Under the pieces are notes generated by a model that saw only the letters and a program-made list of their open reading frames with translations, was not told the origin of the DNA and searched no databases. The translations under genes were made by a program, and so were the position numbers. Below, piece after piece: positions 32,401-45,325 of a stretch of 64,000 bases of DNA. Numbering within the stretch: position 1 is the stretch's first letter; each line of letters opens with the position of its first letter. The DNA comes from Paraspadella gotoi (lineage: Eukaryota > Animalia > Chaetognatha), in assembly GCA_051294375.1 (NCBI GenBank), contig CM119271.1, positions 1,544,721-1,608,720 on the forward strand, written 5' to 3'.

Positions 32401-35400
32401 GGTCACCCAGGTCTCGATGCCGGCAGAAAAAAAACAACAAAAAAACAAAAAAAAACAAAACAATGGAACCCCCGCCCAATGACGAGTCCATTGACGCAGC
32501 CGATCACGACGCTGTTGTCTAAAAAAATCCATAACTTCATAACATCATTTTTATATCAAGATTTAATATTCAAGAAGTCTGCATTGATTTACTTGGTAGA
32601 CTTTATGATAGTGGTTAACTTGTTCAAAATATATTTATAAATATATTTCTACTCCTTATCGGAGTTGACCTCAAAATAATTTTTCGCTGATTTTCTTACG
32701 TGTAAAAGTTGTAAAGCGACCGAAAACGAGACGAACACAAATAAAATATTTGAAATACAAAACATAAACAAAAAGGTAAAGAGAGACGGAGAGAGGGCCA
32801 AAATGGAATTTAAAGAAAACTGGCAGAAATCTGTCATAAACCGAATGGAAATAATCGTTCGATAATTCTCACAGAATCACTCCAGATCGATTGGTGACCC
32901 GGCGTCGTTGTTATTCTCCTAAATTTGAACTCTCATAAATGACCGAGGCTCGAATACCGCGCGACAATGGATCTGACCGTTGGGTCTTTCTCTTTGGTGT
33001 GGCCGACATAACCTTGATAGCGCTGACTCTCTTCCAATATTTCAATTTACATTCGTCAAAAATTATGCGATAAAGTATGTCATAATAATTAACGAATTAG
33101 CAGTTAACGTTGACGCGTAACCGATAGTTAAAGTTTAATCTCTCGTTTTCTGCTTCCCTCGGTTTTTTTCCCTCAAATTTTCAAGAGGTCGTGAAAGATT
33201 TTGATTCAACAAAGTTTGTCTAGACGAGAAAATGTTTTCTGAGAAATCGTTTCCCATAAAAAAAAAGAAATAAAGTTGATTTATGTCTGATTTTTTGTTT
33301 CACTCTTTCTTTCGGTGATTAACTCATATAAGGGACAGGCGTGGCGGAAAGATGGCTTATTTATTAAATGAGCTGATAATTTTTATATTGGTTGTACCGA
33401 TTTTATAAACCATTACAAGACAACAACATTGACTCGAAAGAATAGGAAAATACGTCGAACGAGAAAATTAAGAAGAAAAGACTTGATGAAAAAAAAAAAA
33501 GATATAAAATTGGGAAAGGGGAAAATGAAACTGATCATTCAACGAGAAATGAGATAGTATCGAATCTCATTTGCATATTGCAGCATTCGGGATCTCTGGG
33601 TATAATTTCTAGTTTAATGTCCATTCATTTTTTAAAATTAATTCTCGCGCGTCTTACATCTTCCAGGCCCACACGGCGGTAAAGATCGCTCCCCGCTACG
33701 CCAACGCGGCCGTCCACGTCCTCGACGCGTCCAAATCCGTCGTTGTCTGCTCGAATCTCCTCGACGACGACAACGTCGATGAGTTCGTCGAAGACGTCAG
33801 GGAAGAATACGAGGAGATTAGGGAGGAACACTATCAGAGCTTGAAGGTTTGTTTGGGTGGGGTGGGGGGCATGATTGATGGAAGTGATTGCTTGGTGGTT
33901 GGAGGTTCTTGGTGCTTCGAACTGTTTTTATCGTTTTAACGTCGGTAGATGTCACGTTTGGGTCAAATGAATTTGCATATTGCAAAATTATGGTACGATT
34001 ACGGCAAGGTTATCGTAAATTATGGCTTTTTAATAAAAGTTGTATGATTTCTTCTAACCAATCTATTTGTACTGGGACAAAACTCTTCGATAAGCGGAAC
34101 GTGTGTAGGAAATCTCTAATAGCCTATAAATTATAATCAGAGCAACCTTTTTTAATAATGTTACAAATATTCATGGTGGGGAAACCTCATTAAACTGGTT
34201 AAAACTGGCTATTGAAATTTATTTAACCAATAAGAGTATTTAAAGAAAAAAATCATGGTTTGACTCCGTTACCTCCTATACAAAAGTATATTATGAAAAT
34301 TAACCCGAACTCCATTCCGATCCCAATTTTTCACCCTCCTCTCCCCATATAAAATAAGGAACGGAAATACCTTCCTCTCGACAAAGCCCGTGCCAAAAAG
34401 GGCCGATTCGACTGGAAAGACTCCAGCCTCTATTCTCCGGTTCGACCAAAATTCTTGGGCGTTCGATCTTACGACGACTACGATTTGGATCATCTCACCA
34501 CTTTCATCGATTGGAAACCTTTTTTCGATACTTGGGAAATCAGAGGCAAATATCCCAACAGGGGTTATCCCAACATCTTCAAAGACAAGTAATTTTAAAG
34601 TTTGGGGCTTTTTTTTATTATGTGTGGATTGGTGGATTGTGATGATACGTGATTATTGATTATTGACTCATTCCTTACTGAAAAAAATATTAGAAAATCT
34701 ATCAAATTAGTTAAATACTGTAAATAAATAAAAAGTAATAATGAAGATGCTCCTGTCAATCACCGATTTTTGAAATTTAGCAAAGCGGTTTTGTATTTTA
34801 TATCTGTCTTGTAAAAGTAAAGTTAATGAGCTCGCCTGGGTTCCCGATCAAGTTGATGCAGATCTAAGACGCCAGTAATCATTTCCTGTCGTCATTCCTT
34901 CCCCGCCTCCCATCCTCCAACTACTTCCGACTTCCCTTTCTTCCCACTCCTGCTCATTCTTCTCCCTTTTGCAGAGACGTGGGCGTGGAGGCCAAGAAGC
35001 TCCACGACGACGCGTTGGAGATGCTGAAGCAAATCCGCGTGGAAGGCCTCTACCGCTGCAGGGGCGTGGCCGCCTTCTTTCGCGCGCGTTCTGTCGACGA
35101 CGACATCGAGATTCTCGACGAAAACGGGACCCTCTTGGAGACATTCTACGGGCTTCGGCAGCAGGTGAGTCGAGTTGGGAGTGTTGAGGTATTGGTAGGT
35201 GGAGACAGAAGTAGTGCCGATGAACGAAACCAAAAAAATTTAAAATTTAAAAAAATTGGTTTTTTTTCCAAAGAGAAAGAGGAGAAATACAAAGTGAAAA
35301 AAAAAGTTAAACAATAATAAAGTATGAATAGATGGTAAATAAATATTAGAAAATGATTCATAAAAGAAACTTATAACAACAACAATAATATAAAAAAACA

Positions 35401-36490
35401 ATGGTAAGGCTAAGGGATGATTTGATTGAATTCGAGCGCCAATACTCGTCCAAATATAAGTAAAATTCCAAAATATTCATAGTTTTCCTTAATTTTCAAT
35501 TCGATTCTCTCTTTACTTTCCTTACCTTCCCAAGGCTGAGAAAGACTCCGCCGCTGCCGACGACCCTTACCTCTGCATCTCTGACTTCGTGGCGCCCAAA
35601 GAATCGGGCGTTGAAGACTACGTGGGGATGTTCGCCGTCGCCTGCTTTGGCGCTGAGGAGTTGAGGTGAGGTGTTGAGACGAGAAGTTGAGGAAGATTAG
35701 TTTTAGATTAAAATTTAAAGGAGATATTTAAAAAAAAGAAGATTTCAATTATGTTAACCACGACCACATTCTTAGCAAAAAATACGAGGAAGAACTCGAC
35801 GACTATCGCAGCATCATGGCAAAGGCGTTGGCGGACAGATTGGCGGAAGCCTTCGCCGAGGAGCTGCATCAAAGGGTCAGGAAGGACCTGTGGGGCTACA
35901 GCGTCGATGAAGAGATGGGCGCAGGAGATTTGCACAGGATCAAATACGAGGTTGGCTGGTGGGCGCGTCTGGATTTTGTTCTAGAGACAAGATAATGTAA
36001 CACAACTGTCAATGATATTTCGAAGCAAGAAAAATACATTTAATTAAGCGTAAATTCATGACCCGCTGATGCCGTTAAAAATTTTACTGTCAAAATATGT
36101 TGTAATTATAATTACCAACAATATTTATTTAATGATAATTGACAACCTACAATATGCAAATGAGATTAACATTCTCATCAGTTTTTTTTAACCCCTTTCT
36201 TCCTCAGGGGATCCGTCCGGCGCCCGGCTACCCGACTCAACCCGACCATCTGGAGAAGGAGACCATGTGGCGGCTAATGTCGGCCGAATCTTTGTCGGGC
36301 ATCGCGTTGACGGAGTCGCTCGCAATGCACCCCGCCGCAGCCGTCTCTGGACTATACTTCGCTCACCCGAAAGCGACTTACTTTGCGGTGGGGAAAATCT
36401 GTAAGGATCAGGTGGACGATTATTCGCGGCGGAAGGGAAGAGAGGTTGGAGAGATAGAAAAGTGGCTGGGACCTAATCTTTCCTATGAGC

Positions 36491-36495
<5 letters not shown>
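23464..36495 (+). CDS. MTR: Cobalamin-dependent methionine synthase (~15 exons)
   Basis: [43 protein letters not shown]|[22 protein letters not shown] (B12-binding motif), [15 protein letters not shown]|[25 protein letters not shown] and [10 protein letters not shown]. Confidence 0.97.
26618..27005. repeat. 35-bp exact direct repeat bracketing a ~320-bp insert in an MTR intron
   Basis: ATTCTGTAAAACCACTGTGGCCCATGGTCCTCGGA at 26618-26652 and 26971-27005. The second copy is followed by an AAATAC-type tail. Confidence 0.85.
30129..32051 (-). CDS. Follistatin-family secreted protein (TB-like N-domain plus two follistatin/Kazal modules), nested in an MTR intron
   Basis: Signal peptide [19 protein letters not shown]; N-domain [25 protein letters not shown]...GGAPRCRSC; FS1 [14 protein letters not shown]...[15 protein letters not shown]...YYGKC; FS2 [13 protein letters not shown]...[15 protein letters not shown]...YRGDCP; terminal exon DELE*. 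It lies within MTR intron 29587-33667. Confidence 0.9.

Positions 36496-36532
<37 letters not shown>
36494..36532. repeat. (GA)n microsatellite starting within the MTR stop codon (others at ~30745-30820, 59774-59815, 62325-62353)
   Basis: Direct inspection. Confidence 0.9.
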
Positions 36533-36534
<2 letters not shown>

Positions 36535-37528
36535 GTAGATTACTTATATTACTTGTAGTAGACTTATCATTCCTTGTTGACTTTGATTTTTACACTTGCG
36601 TACAATGTTGACTTTCATGATTATGTTTTACTGTTCAATATTTTATCCAGTTTTCTATAAATAGAAAATAAAAACGTCATAACTTTTTCTAGATATTGAC
36701 CTTTATTAAATCATAACTACTTATATAGCAATTTGTAATTTAGTTATTAGTAATTTAGTTTAAGATTGACCACTCTAATATAGTTTTAGCTTGATAATAA
36801 AAGCGAGGGGAAAAAAGTGAGAAAAATGCAATCGCCGGCATAAGTTACAGACTTGACTCGTTAATTTAAAATTTAATTTAAAATTGGGGTAGATAAAAGC
36901 AGTGAAATGGTTGACACTACATTTTACGGTATAAGTGAAGAAGAGGGGAGAAAGAATCAATGCAAGAATGACCAAAATCAAGAAAAAACATATCTAAAAT
37001 ATAACAGATGCAAAAAATAACAAGTCTACAGGAAAATCTAGTAAACAGGAAGGGGGGGCGGTGGAGGACTGAGTGGGAAGAGGGAAGAGGAAAGCGAGGC
37101 GCGTGCGGGAGGCTGACTCTCGATGGATTTTGTCGGTTCGGGCGTCATCTCTTCCTTCGCTACTCAGATCTTTGGAATTTTTTGTAATTTTTTTCTTATT
37201 TATGTTTCTCGCTCTTTTCTCCTCACCAATTCTGTGAATCCCAACGGAAAAATCAATTCTCTTGAAGATCTCTCCAAATTGCAAAATCCCAAACTCGCTT
37301 GGGATCCTTTGATTCGCAAAAAAAAAAATGCTCTCTTACCAGAACGAGGCCATTCAGCGACTGCAACGCTTCCGGGTCGACGTTCCCGGCGTTGATTGGG
37401 TTTCCACCAAAGATTGGAACCGCTATCTGGTCGACAATCATTGGGAATTTTTTCGTGCACCATTTCTTGCTATCATATATTTACAATGTGTACAAAATTT
37501 TATAATTCTAAAAAAAGTGACTTAACAC

Positions 37529-40500
37529 TCAGTCGCAATAAGAAGCAAAAACTGTGGCGCTAACGGCGAGAGAATCGTTGACAAAGTTTTGTGTGACCCG
37601 AAGATCCAAATCTTCGTTCCTAAGAAAAGTTTGGACATTTTCTAATACGATTTATTTACAATATTTTTGTAATAGTTATTAATAATTGTATTAATTGTCA
37701 ATAAACAAATATATACACATTTTTGGGTTTTTTTTTTTTTTTTAGTTAATGTGTGTATTGTCCGGAAACGAGCGTAGTTGAATTGTTTATAATTGACATT
37801 GATTATTTCATATAAGTACAAATTATTGAAAATTTATTTGACCGAGTGAGAAGGTAAGTTTCGACTCACCACAAACTACGAGATACGAGGGTAACATCTT
37901 GACCCGATCTCGAAGTGATGACGACGAATACGACGAATCTGAAAAAGAAATTCTTTCTAGTGTCCTCACATAAAGCATCTAAGACAAAGCATCTAAAACG
38001 AATTCGCCTTGTACTTGTATCGTTTAAACTTCATCGCCTTGATCCCCTTGAGAATAGATTCGGACAGCGACGTAGAGAGAGACCTGACGCGATCCGCCTG
38101 ATATCGAACGCCTGTCAGGCGAAGCGACATCGCCAATTGCATCATGGCTGAGATTTCATTGCGTCGAATTCGATCGTCTGGCGGGAAAAAGAGAGTCGAG
38201 GTTGTAAGTGTTGTCATTTTTGTTTACAGTTAGATTTGTTAGTCAATTTTATTATCCTTTTATTTGTTAAACAAGCTCTCTTTTGAGACAGGCTAATGGC
38301 TACTTTTGATGGAGACGGATTCGTGAAGAGGAACGTCCGAAGACACTGAACTTTTACGATACGTGTTTTTTCATTGATATTCACTGTGTATTCAAGATTT
38401 TAAAAACGTAGCAAAACTGACGCAATGCTTAAAGCATCTGATTAATGATAATCAATTGAGTCGTAAAACATATAATCTTGAAATTTCACTGATGAGACTT
38501 AGAAATAACAATAACAATAACAACAATTGTTCATTTCTCTACAATTTTCGCTTGACTTGTTGAACGACGGTAGCGATGACGACGACGACGACGACAAAAG
38601 ATAGAAACAAAATTCATCACACTTCACAACTGCTTTTGTATTACTACTTGTATAACGATTTTTATTTATTACCCTAGAATTTCCCTAGAATAACTGCCCC
38701 GAGAAACTTTTTAAAGAATACATAGTAATAGACTGAAGAAAATTCAAATTAAGTAATTAACCTAATTATGAATAATGGATTCGAGAATAAATACGCTAAT
38801 TGGTAAGAAAACCTTCGTGACTCGGTGTATCACGATGAACTAGAGGTCGACAAAAAGGCTTTTTATTTAAAATTTGTGTTCTTACTACCACCACACGCGG
38901 CTAAAGCCGACTGCTCAGGAATTAAAAGGAGCTTGGATTAAATTAATTTCGTTTTCTGCGTCAGGGAGAAAATAAAACTCCAAGTGTTTCAGAGGTCATG
39001 GCTGTACATATTTTTATTTATTTATTTTTAAATAGTAGTTTTATACCTTGTTATATTAGTTTGTTAATATTTTGTATTTTTTTAAAGTAAATTTAAAAAA
39101 ATGCACATTCTGAATGAAGTATTGTTTCCGTATCTGGTTCCGATGATTTATTCATGGCGGTTGGAATGTATTCTTCTTTTAAAAAGCGTTTTCGATAGTT
39201 TTTATAAATATTTTAAATGATTGTCTAACTTTACAAATAAAAATATTTTAAATTGACCTTTCTTTTTTATAATTAATCAAAAAAGTAGTTAAACTACTTT
39301 TTCAAGCATCGAAATTTAAACGAACCACAAAATCCCTCACCAACTGAAAGCAACTTTTTTGAGCCGGATTTGCTTAAAGTAAATCGCGGTTCTATAATTC
39401 ACTTTGTCGGTGCGTCGGTCCACCCTCACAATCTTGTCGGTCATTGACTTAGATCATGTCGGAAAATAAAATTATGGTAAATTATTAAAAAAATCGATGT
39501 CCGTATACCTGTACGTTCATCTGTACATCTCCACTTAGCATTAAAAATTTGTGTGAGTAAAAAATATGATTGAGCTAGAAATCAAATTTCGATAAAATTT
39601 TATCAGTGGAAATAAGTTTAAATCGAAAAAAAAAATATGTTTCTCTTTAAAATTTTTTCCTTTATTTTATTCCTTTATAATACTTAAGGGAATGGTCTTT
39701 TCATACAATTGAAACATTCTTTGAAATATTTTCCACTTCATTGATAGGGAAGCCAAGTACTCTGGGAGTGAATAAACAAGACTGTGAGAGAGTCTTGATT
39801 GAAAGCTTGCAGGGACCTGCTATGTCATTATCTTGTAAGAGTGATGGAGGCCTTAAACCACCAAAGCCTGTCCAAAGTCAGGCGCAAGATAGCTTATTTA
39901 TTAATTGAATGGATAATTTTTATATTGGTTGTACCAATTTCATAAAATATAAATACATGCTGAAAATACTACAATTATAAATATCATCAATACAATAACT
40001 AATAACACAACATCCAAGAATTAAAAAAAACTTTAAATATAAGTATTATTAAGAAATCTAAAAAAAAGAGAGAGTATAATCATAATTCATAACAGATTAG
40101 CTGATAACCGCTAAATGATCGTGGGCAGATCCGGCATTGTTTGCTCAAACTTGTTTTTCCTTCTCCCGATGACATTTCGTATGTCGCACGGCCTTTCTAT
40201 TTTTCGCAGGAGCGAACATTTTCTCCCGTTTCAGCGATAAATTCGGTCGCCGAAAATAATTTAAAAGAGGAAAAGTTTGTTGTAAAAAAAAATAATGAGT
40301 TTTAGTTTTAAAAAAAAGGATAAAAAAGTTCGCCCTTTTTTGCCCCCTTTTTTGACTAATAGAACAAATTAGACTTATAGCCAATTATTTCTCTTTCCTG
40401 GCGAAATCTGACCGAATGATCCGAGAAACAGAAACAATTCTTCTAAACTTATTATTATACATAACCTCCCAAAGAGTATTTAAGTAGGACAGCCGGCTGG

Positions 40501-43500
40501 CGATCTGCCAAACTGACATCGGAACTGGTGAGTAATAACTCAGTGCAGTGGGATAAGAAATTAGATTCGCGAAAAAAAAACCCGAATTATATCGAAACTG
40601 GAAAACAAAATTAAAAACAAAACAACGCCCCCCCAAAAAAAAATTATCTGGGAATTTTAAACGATATCTTCTTTTCTTTTTTTAACGAACAATCTTCGAG
40701 GTTGGTGATCCAATCGAAAGATTGCTTTTAAGTTTTAACGCAAATCGAAATCAACAAACTTTTTTGGCACTATTTTCCGAAAGCGCTCAATTTCTTAATC
40801 CTTAAACTTAATAAGTTTATTTTAAATTTAAATATTTAATTTTTTAAAAATTTTTTTTCTCTCTCTCTTTCTCTCTTTCTCATTGATAAAAAAAAATCAT
40901 TGTTCAAAATTAAAATCAATTTTTTTTAAAAATCACAAACATAATGAAAGAAAGGATTTATACAATGTCTGACCTTAATCCATAATCAAACCTTTAACCC
41001 TTCTAACTTAACCTTTTATTTAACCTTAATATATTTAATAAATTTTAAAATTTACTTAATTCTAAATTTAAGCTGAAATCTGGCACTTTTGGATAACATG
41101 GCCTTAACAAAAATGACTCAAAGGTCTAAATTTCTCGAAGGATCGAAAAAAAAATCCGTACGTTTTTACGGTAAAGAGAGAAAGAGAAAAAACGATGGGT
41201 AATTTTTAAAATTTTCCCGATGTTTTGATTTTGTTACCGCCTCTTATCCCGCTTCTAAATACTTCCCCGATTTTTTTTTTCGTTTTTCAGATAATTCCCT
41301 CACAAATCCACGCTCCCTCCAACTTCGTGAATCGATCGCTAGAAGTGATTAAAATAGACCATGACATTCACTAAACTTCTCGTACCACCCCCGATTTCCC
41401 CTTCCTCTCTCCTTTCCCCCTTTTTCTTCGGTCCCTCCTCCACTTATCTCCAATTCCTCTCCGGCGCCATTTTCTTTCCCCTCCTCTTCATCTCCATTCG
41501 CTTCCTCCTCGGCCAAGCCTCATCTTCCATCGTTCTCCGCTTTCGAACTTCCCTCGCAGTCCGCGCGGTCTCATCGGTCCAAGCTCTGCTCGCCACTTCC
41601 GCCGCCGTCGCCATCATGACCTCTTGCGGCGAAGACGTCGTCAACGCCGCCCATTGGTCGACAAAAGTCTACGTCCGATTCTGCGCCGCCTATTTTCTCT
41701 ACGACATCCGGGCGATGTACCTCGCTTTCGCCGAAGAGTCGGCCACGCCCACTTGGCGTCGATTTCTGAGACGCGATTATCTCATCGTCTTACATCACGT
41801 CTTCGTGTTGACGATTCTCGTTCCCACGGTTTTGGCGTCATGGCGTCGAGACAGGGGCGACTATCTCGTCGCTTGTTTTTTCATCCAAGAAGCGTCGACG
41901 CCTTTCGTAGCTCTGCGCGCGGCGCTGCACGAACTCGGGATGTCGAGAACGAATCTGTATTTCGTCAACGGTCTCGTCATGATGTCCGTTTTCGCTCTCT
42001 GCCGAATTCTCGTCTTTCCCTACATTTACTGGACATTCTCGCGTCACGGGATTTCGGGCGTCGTTCTGCCGATTTGGCGGGTGCCGTTTGCCATCCCGTG
42101 GCACTGCAACGTCGTCTCCGCGGCGCTGTTTCTCCTTCAGTTTTACTGGTTCGTCAAGATGGTGAAGGGCGCCGCTAAAATCATTAGGAATCGAAAAGCG
42201 GCGACGACGGAAAACAATAACAAAATCGCGATGGAAAACAAAAGGGAAGCGAACGATCAAGTTTTTGACAGAATTTTTGGTAAATCGTCCGTAGGAAACG
42301 TAAAAATGGAGTAGCATCATTAGTTCGACTGCCTCAAGAGAGGGGCTTTTTTTTGGAAAATTGCTATCTTTTGATACATAAAAAATATTATGTTAACATT
42401 TCAAGATAAATAAAAATTCATTTATACCTACTCAATTTTGATTTGTAAGATTTTGCTAATTCATTCAAATTGGCTTCGATTTCTTTAAAAAAAACCCGGA
42501 AAACAAAATAAATTTGATTTGACCTAGTTAGCCGTCATAATTCAATGTAAATGGCCTTTTGGAATAGCATATATAATATATATACAATATATATATTATA
42601 GTACCTGATTTCGGTTCCAGCCGATAAGAATTGGCCATTTTTACCGTCGGGATCTCCTCTGGGATGGATTGTCGAGAACAGGCGAGTGTTTTTCGAAATC
42701 TGGAAGAAAAAGGTTAATTGTCAGAAGTGGGATTCGAACCCACGCCCACAGATGTGGACTGCGACCTGAACGCAGCGCCTTAGACCGCTCGGCCATCCTG
42801 ACTCGCGAATGATTATATTACTTAACTCGATTATTTAATTACTTAAAACATTTAATTATCAAACTGCCGTAGGACTATGCCATTCAAGTACATTTACTGA
42901 TGTAGAAAATATTAATATTTTTATCGAAAATAAAACCAAAATGGAGGATCCGGGTATCGATCCCGGTACCTCTCGCATGCTAAGCGAGCGCTCTACCATT
43001 TGAGCTAATCCCCCGACTGTAATTGAGGGTCAATTAAAGAAGATAATTGTAAATTTTGAAAGTAATTCGTTGAGGAGGTAAAAGCAATTTTAAGCGAAAC
43101 AAAATGTTACTGTAGCGTAATCTCACTATTTTCATTCGTATCTGAACAGCTTGTTTTGAAATAGAGCATTTAAAAAATTAGGATTTAACAAAAATCAATG
43201 TCGTAACTTCTTTTTAGTTGATTGTTGAGTACTTGTCTAAATTGAAAGAATATAAAAGGGTATGTACATTGTAAAACTTAAATTATGATACCTATGAAGA
43301 CGACGAAAGGCATTTCCGGGTCGAACGTCAGCAGCCTGAAGGTTGGAGAAGCTCGTCGACCGGGTTCCGAACCGGCTTCCGCTTCCTGCAGCGGTCGAGA
43401 CGGCGGCAGCAGCTGAGGCGGCTGCTGAGGCGGCGTTGGAGACGAGGGCGACGTCGTCGTTCGTCGCGTGAGACGCCGCGCGGTCGAAAACGCCGGTAGG

Positions 43501-43587
43501 CGTCGTCGAATCGGCGCCGGTTTTCAGAGAAGATTCGGACAGTCGAGTAAACTCGACGGGCGCCGCCGAGTGGAAATTAAGCGACAT
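37529..43587 (-). CDS. Tctex1-domain dynein light chain (TCTEX1D/DYNLT4-5-like); exons 43587-43292, 42699-42605, 38177-38015, 37938-37870, 37619-37529
   Basis: All four GT-AG junctions are phase-compatible. The protein has KMANSYRLEPKS (the ENTY(R)LxP-type motif), GVRYQADRVRSLSTSLSESILKGIKAMKFKRYKFVVFVVI, QDVTLVSRSLWNEDLD and NDSLAVSATVFASYCD*. Confidence 0.85.
40765..41103. mobile_element. Probable non-autonomous DNA transposon (MITE-like); related copy ~63554-63812
   Basis: Imperfect inverted ends GGCACTATTTTCCGAAAGCGC...GGCACTTTTTGGATAACATGGCC. CTTAATCCTTAAACTTAAT and an internal TAACC-rich tract are shared by both copies. Confidence 0.5.
41361..42314 (+). CDS. TLC-domain membrane protein (TLCD3/FAM57-like), intronless CDS, nested antisense in intron 2 of the Tctex1-domain gene
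   Basis: 317-aa hydrophobic ORF with VSSVQALLA, YFLYDIRAMY, LIVLHHV, GDYLVACFFIQEASTPFV, NGLVMMSVFALCRILVFPY and LQFYWF. Confidence 0.9.
   Translation: MTFTKLLVPPPISPSSLLSPFFFGPSSTYLQFLSGAIFFPLLFISIRFLLGQASSSIVLRFRTSLAVRAVSSVQALLATSAAVAIMTSCGEDVVNAAHWSTKVYVRFCAAYFLYDIRAMYLAFAEESATPTWRRFLRRDYLIVLHHVFVLTILVPTVLASWRRDRGDYLVACFFIQEASTPFVALRAALHELGMSRTNLYFVNGLVMMSVFALCRILVFPYIYWTFSRHGISGVVLPIWRVPFAIPWHCNVVSAALFLLQFYWFVKMVKGAAKIIRNRKAATTENNNKIAMENKREANDQVFDRIFGKSSVGNVKME
42719..42802 (-). tRNA. tRNA-Leu (anticodon CAG)
   Basis: Reverse complement GTCAGGATGGCCGAGCGGTCTAAGGCGCTGCGTTCAGGTCGCAGTCCACATCTGTGGGCGTGGGTTCGAATCCCACTTCTGACA: a canonical class II cloverleaf. Confidence 0.97.
42942..43014 (-). 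tRNA. tRNA-Ala (anticodon AGC)
   Basis: Reverse complement GGGGGATTAGCTCAAATGGTAGAGCGCTCGCTTAGCATGCGAGAGGTACCGGGATCGATACCCGGATCCTCCA, followed by a T-run terminator. Confidence 0.97.
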
Positions 43588-44440
43588 TTTGGAAAAAAGA
43601 TTTGATTGATTTCAGCAAATGTAAAATTAAAATTGAAAAGTCTTTTTGGAGTCGATCTGTATTTCTCTGAGAGAACCGCTAGAAAACTGCCGTATCAATG
43701 TATCACGCGTTTGTCGAGTGAACTAATGATTTCTATGAAATTGTCTGTAAAATTGTTACAACCTATTTTATTTTTAGTTAAAAACGTTAGGAGTCGCGAA
43801 AGAATAATTGGGGGTGGGGAATTTACGTGATCCTTTCCTCCGATCACCATGACGACCGAAATAAACATGAAATGCCAAAAAAAGAGACGAGACGGTGAGA
43901 AAACTAGGTCAGCTCTAGTTATGTGAAAAGTTTGACGAGATCTATTCATATTAAATGTACAATTTGTACGTACTATGCTATCTAATAAGTGCTAATAAAA
44001 GCAATTAGTTTTTTTAATTCTACGTGCCTGTTTTTTTTTAAATTAAAAATCAAACATTTTATCAAGAACAAAGTCCAATGTTAGTGAAAACGCGAATTGA
44101 ACTCGATTCATTTTATGTCAACTGATTTTTTGCACTTAACTTTGTGTCCATTAAGTGAAAATTTTACAATTGAGAAATATTTAGTCCCTGAGATCTGTTC
44201 TAGATTGTTACTTTACTTTACATTAACTTTATTTTACTTACTTACTTAACTTAATTCAATGCTAAATTTGAATTAAAATTCAATATTTGTTACTAATTTT
44301 CGATTCTCATGGCCAAAAAAAAAATAAGGGCGAGTCAAACATCGCAATTTTTAAGTCAATACATAGACTTGATTTAAACAAAAAGTTTTAAAAAGTCGAA
44401 AGTTTTGGAACAAGAACGGTAATTCCAATGTTTTTTCGCC

Positions 44441-45325
44441 NNNNNNNNNNNNNNNNNNNNNNNNNNNNNNNNNNNNNNNNNNNNNNNNNNNNNNNNNNNN
44501 NNNNNNNNNNNNNNNNNNNNNNNNNNNNNNNNNNNNNNNNNNNNNNNNNNNNNNNNNNNNNNNNNNNNNNNNNNNNNNNNNNNNNNNNNNNNNNNNNNNN
44601 NNNNNNNNNNNNNNNNNNNNNNNNNNNNNNNNNNNNNNNNNNNNNNNNNNNNNNNNNNNNNNNNNNNNNNNNNNNNNNNNNNNNNNNNNNNNNNNNNNNN
44701 NNNNNNNNNNNNNNNNNNNNNNNNNNNNNNNNNNNNNNNNNNNNCCTGAGATTTGAGGTTTTTTTCTGTCTTAACAAATGAGCTCCCAACTATAGGCAGA
44801 TTATGTAGAGATTTAACTTAAGTAAGACAGACTGACCGACCGAAAAGTGACNNNNNNNNNNNNNNNNNNNNNNNNNNNNNNNNNNNNNNNNNNNNNNNNN
44901 NNNNNNNNNNNNNNNNNNNNNNNNNNNNNNNNNNNNNNNNNNNNNNNNNNNNNNNNNNNNNNNNNNNNNNNNNNNNNNNNNNNNNNNNNNNNNNNNNNNN
45001 NNNNNNNNNNNNNNNNNNNNNNNNNNNNNNNNNNNNNNNNNNNNNNNNNNNNNNNNNNNNNNNNNNNNNNNNNNNNNNNNNNNNNNNNNNNNNNNNNNNN
45101 NNNNNNNNNNNNNNNNNNNNNNNNNNNNNNNNNNNNNNNNNNNNNNNNNNNNNNNNNNNNNNNNNNNNNNNNNNNNNNNNNNNNNNNNNNNNNNNNNNNN
45201 NNNNNNNNNNNNNNNNNNNNNNNNNNNNNNNNNNNNNNNNNNNNNNNNNNNNNNNNNNNNNNNNNNNNNNNNNNNNNNNNNNNNNNNNNNNNNNNNNNNN
45301 NNNNNNNNNNNNNNNNNNNNNNNNN
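44441..45325. other. Assembly gaps (44441-44744, 44852-45325; smaller gaps at 30169-30178, 53482-53506, 54507-54516)
   Basis: Runs of N. Confidence 1.

Noticed and set aside
23464-36495. MetH as a bacterial gene or horizontal transfer
   Set aside because: It is intron-rich, matches ordinary animal MTR motifs and sits among animal genes.
38489-38510. CTGATGAGACTTAGAAAT, a hammerhead-like core
   Set aside because: There is no closing stem II pair (G...A) and no credible stem III or cleavage triplet.
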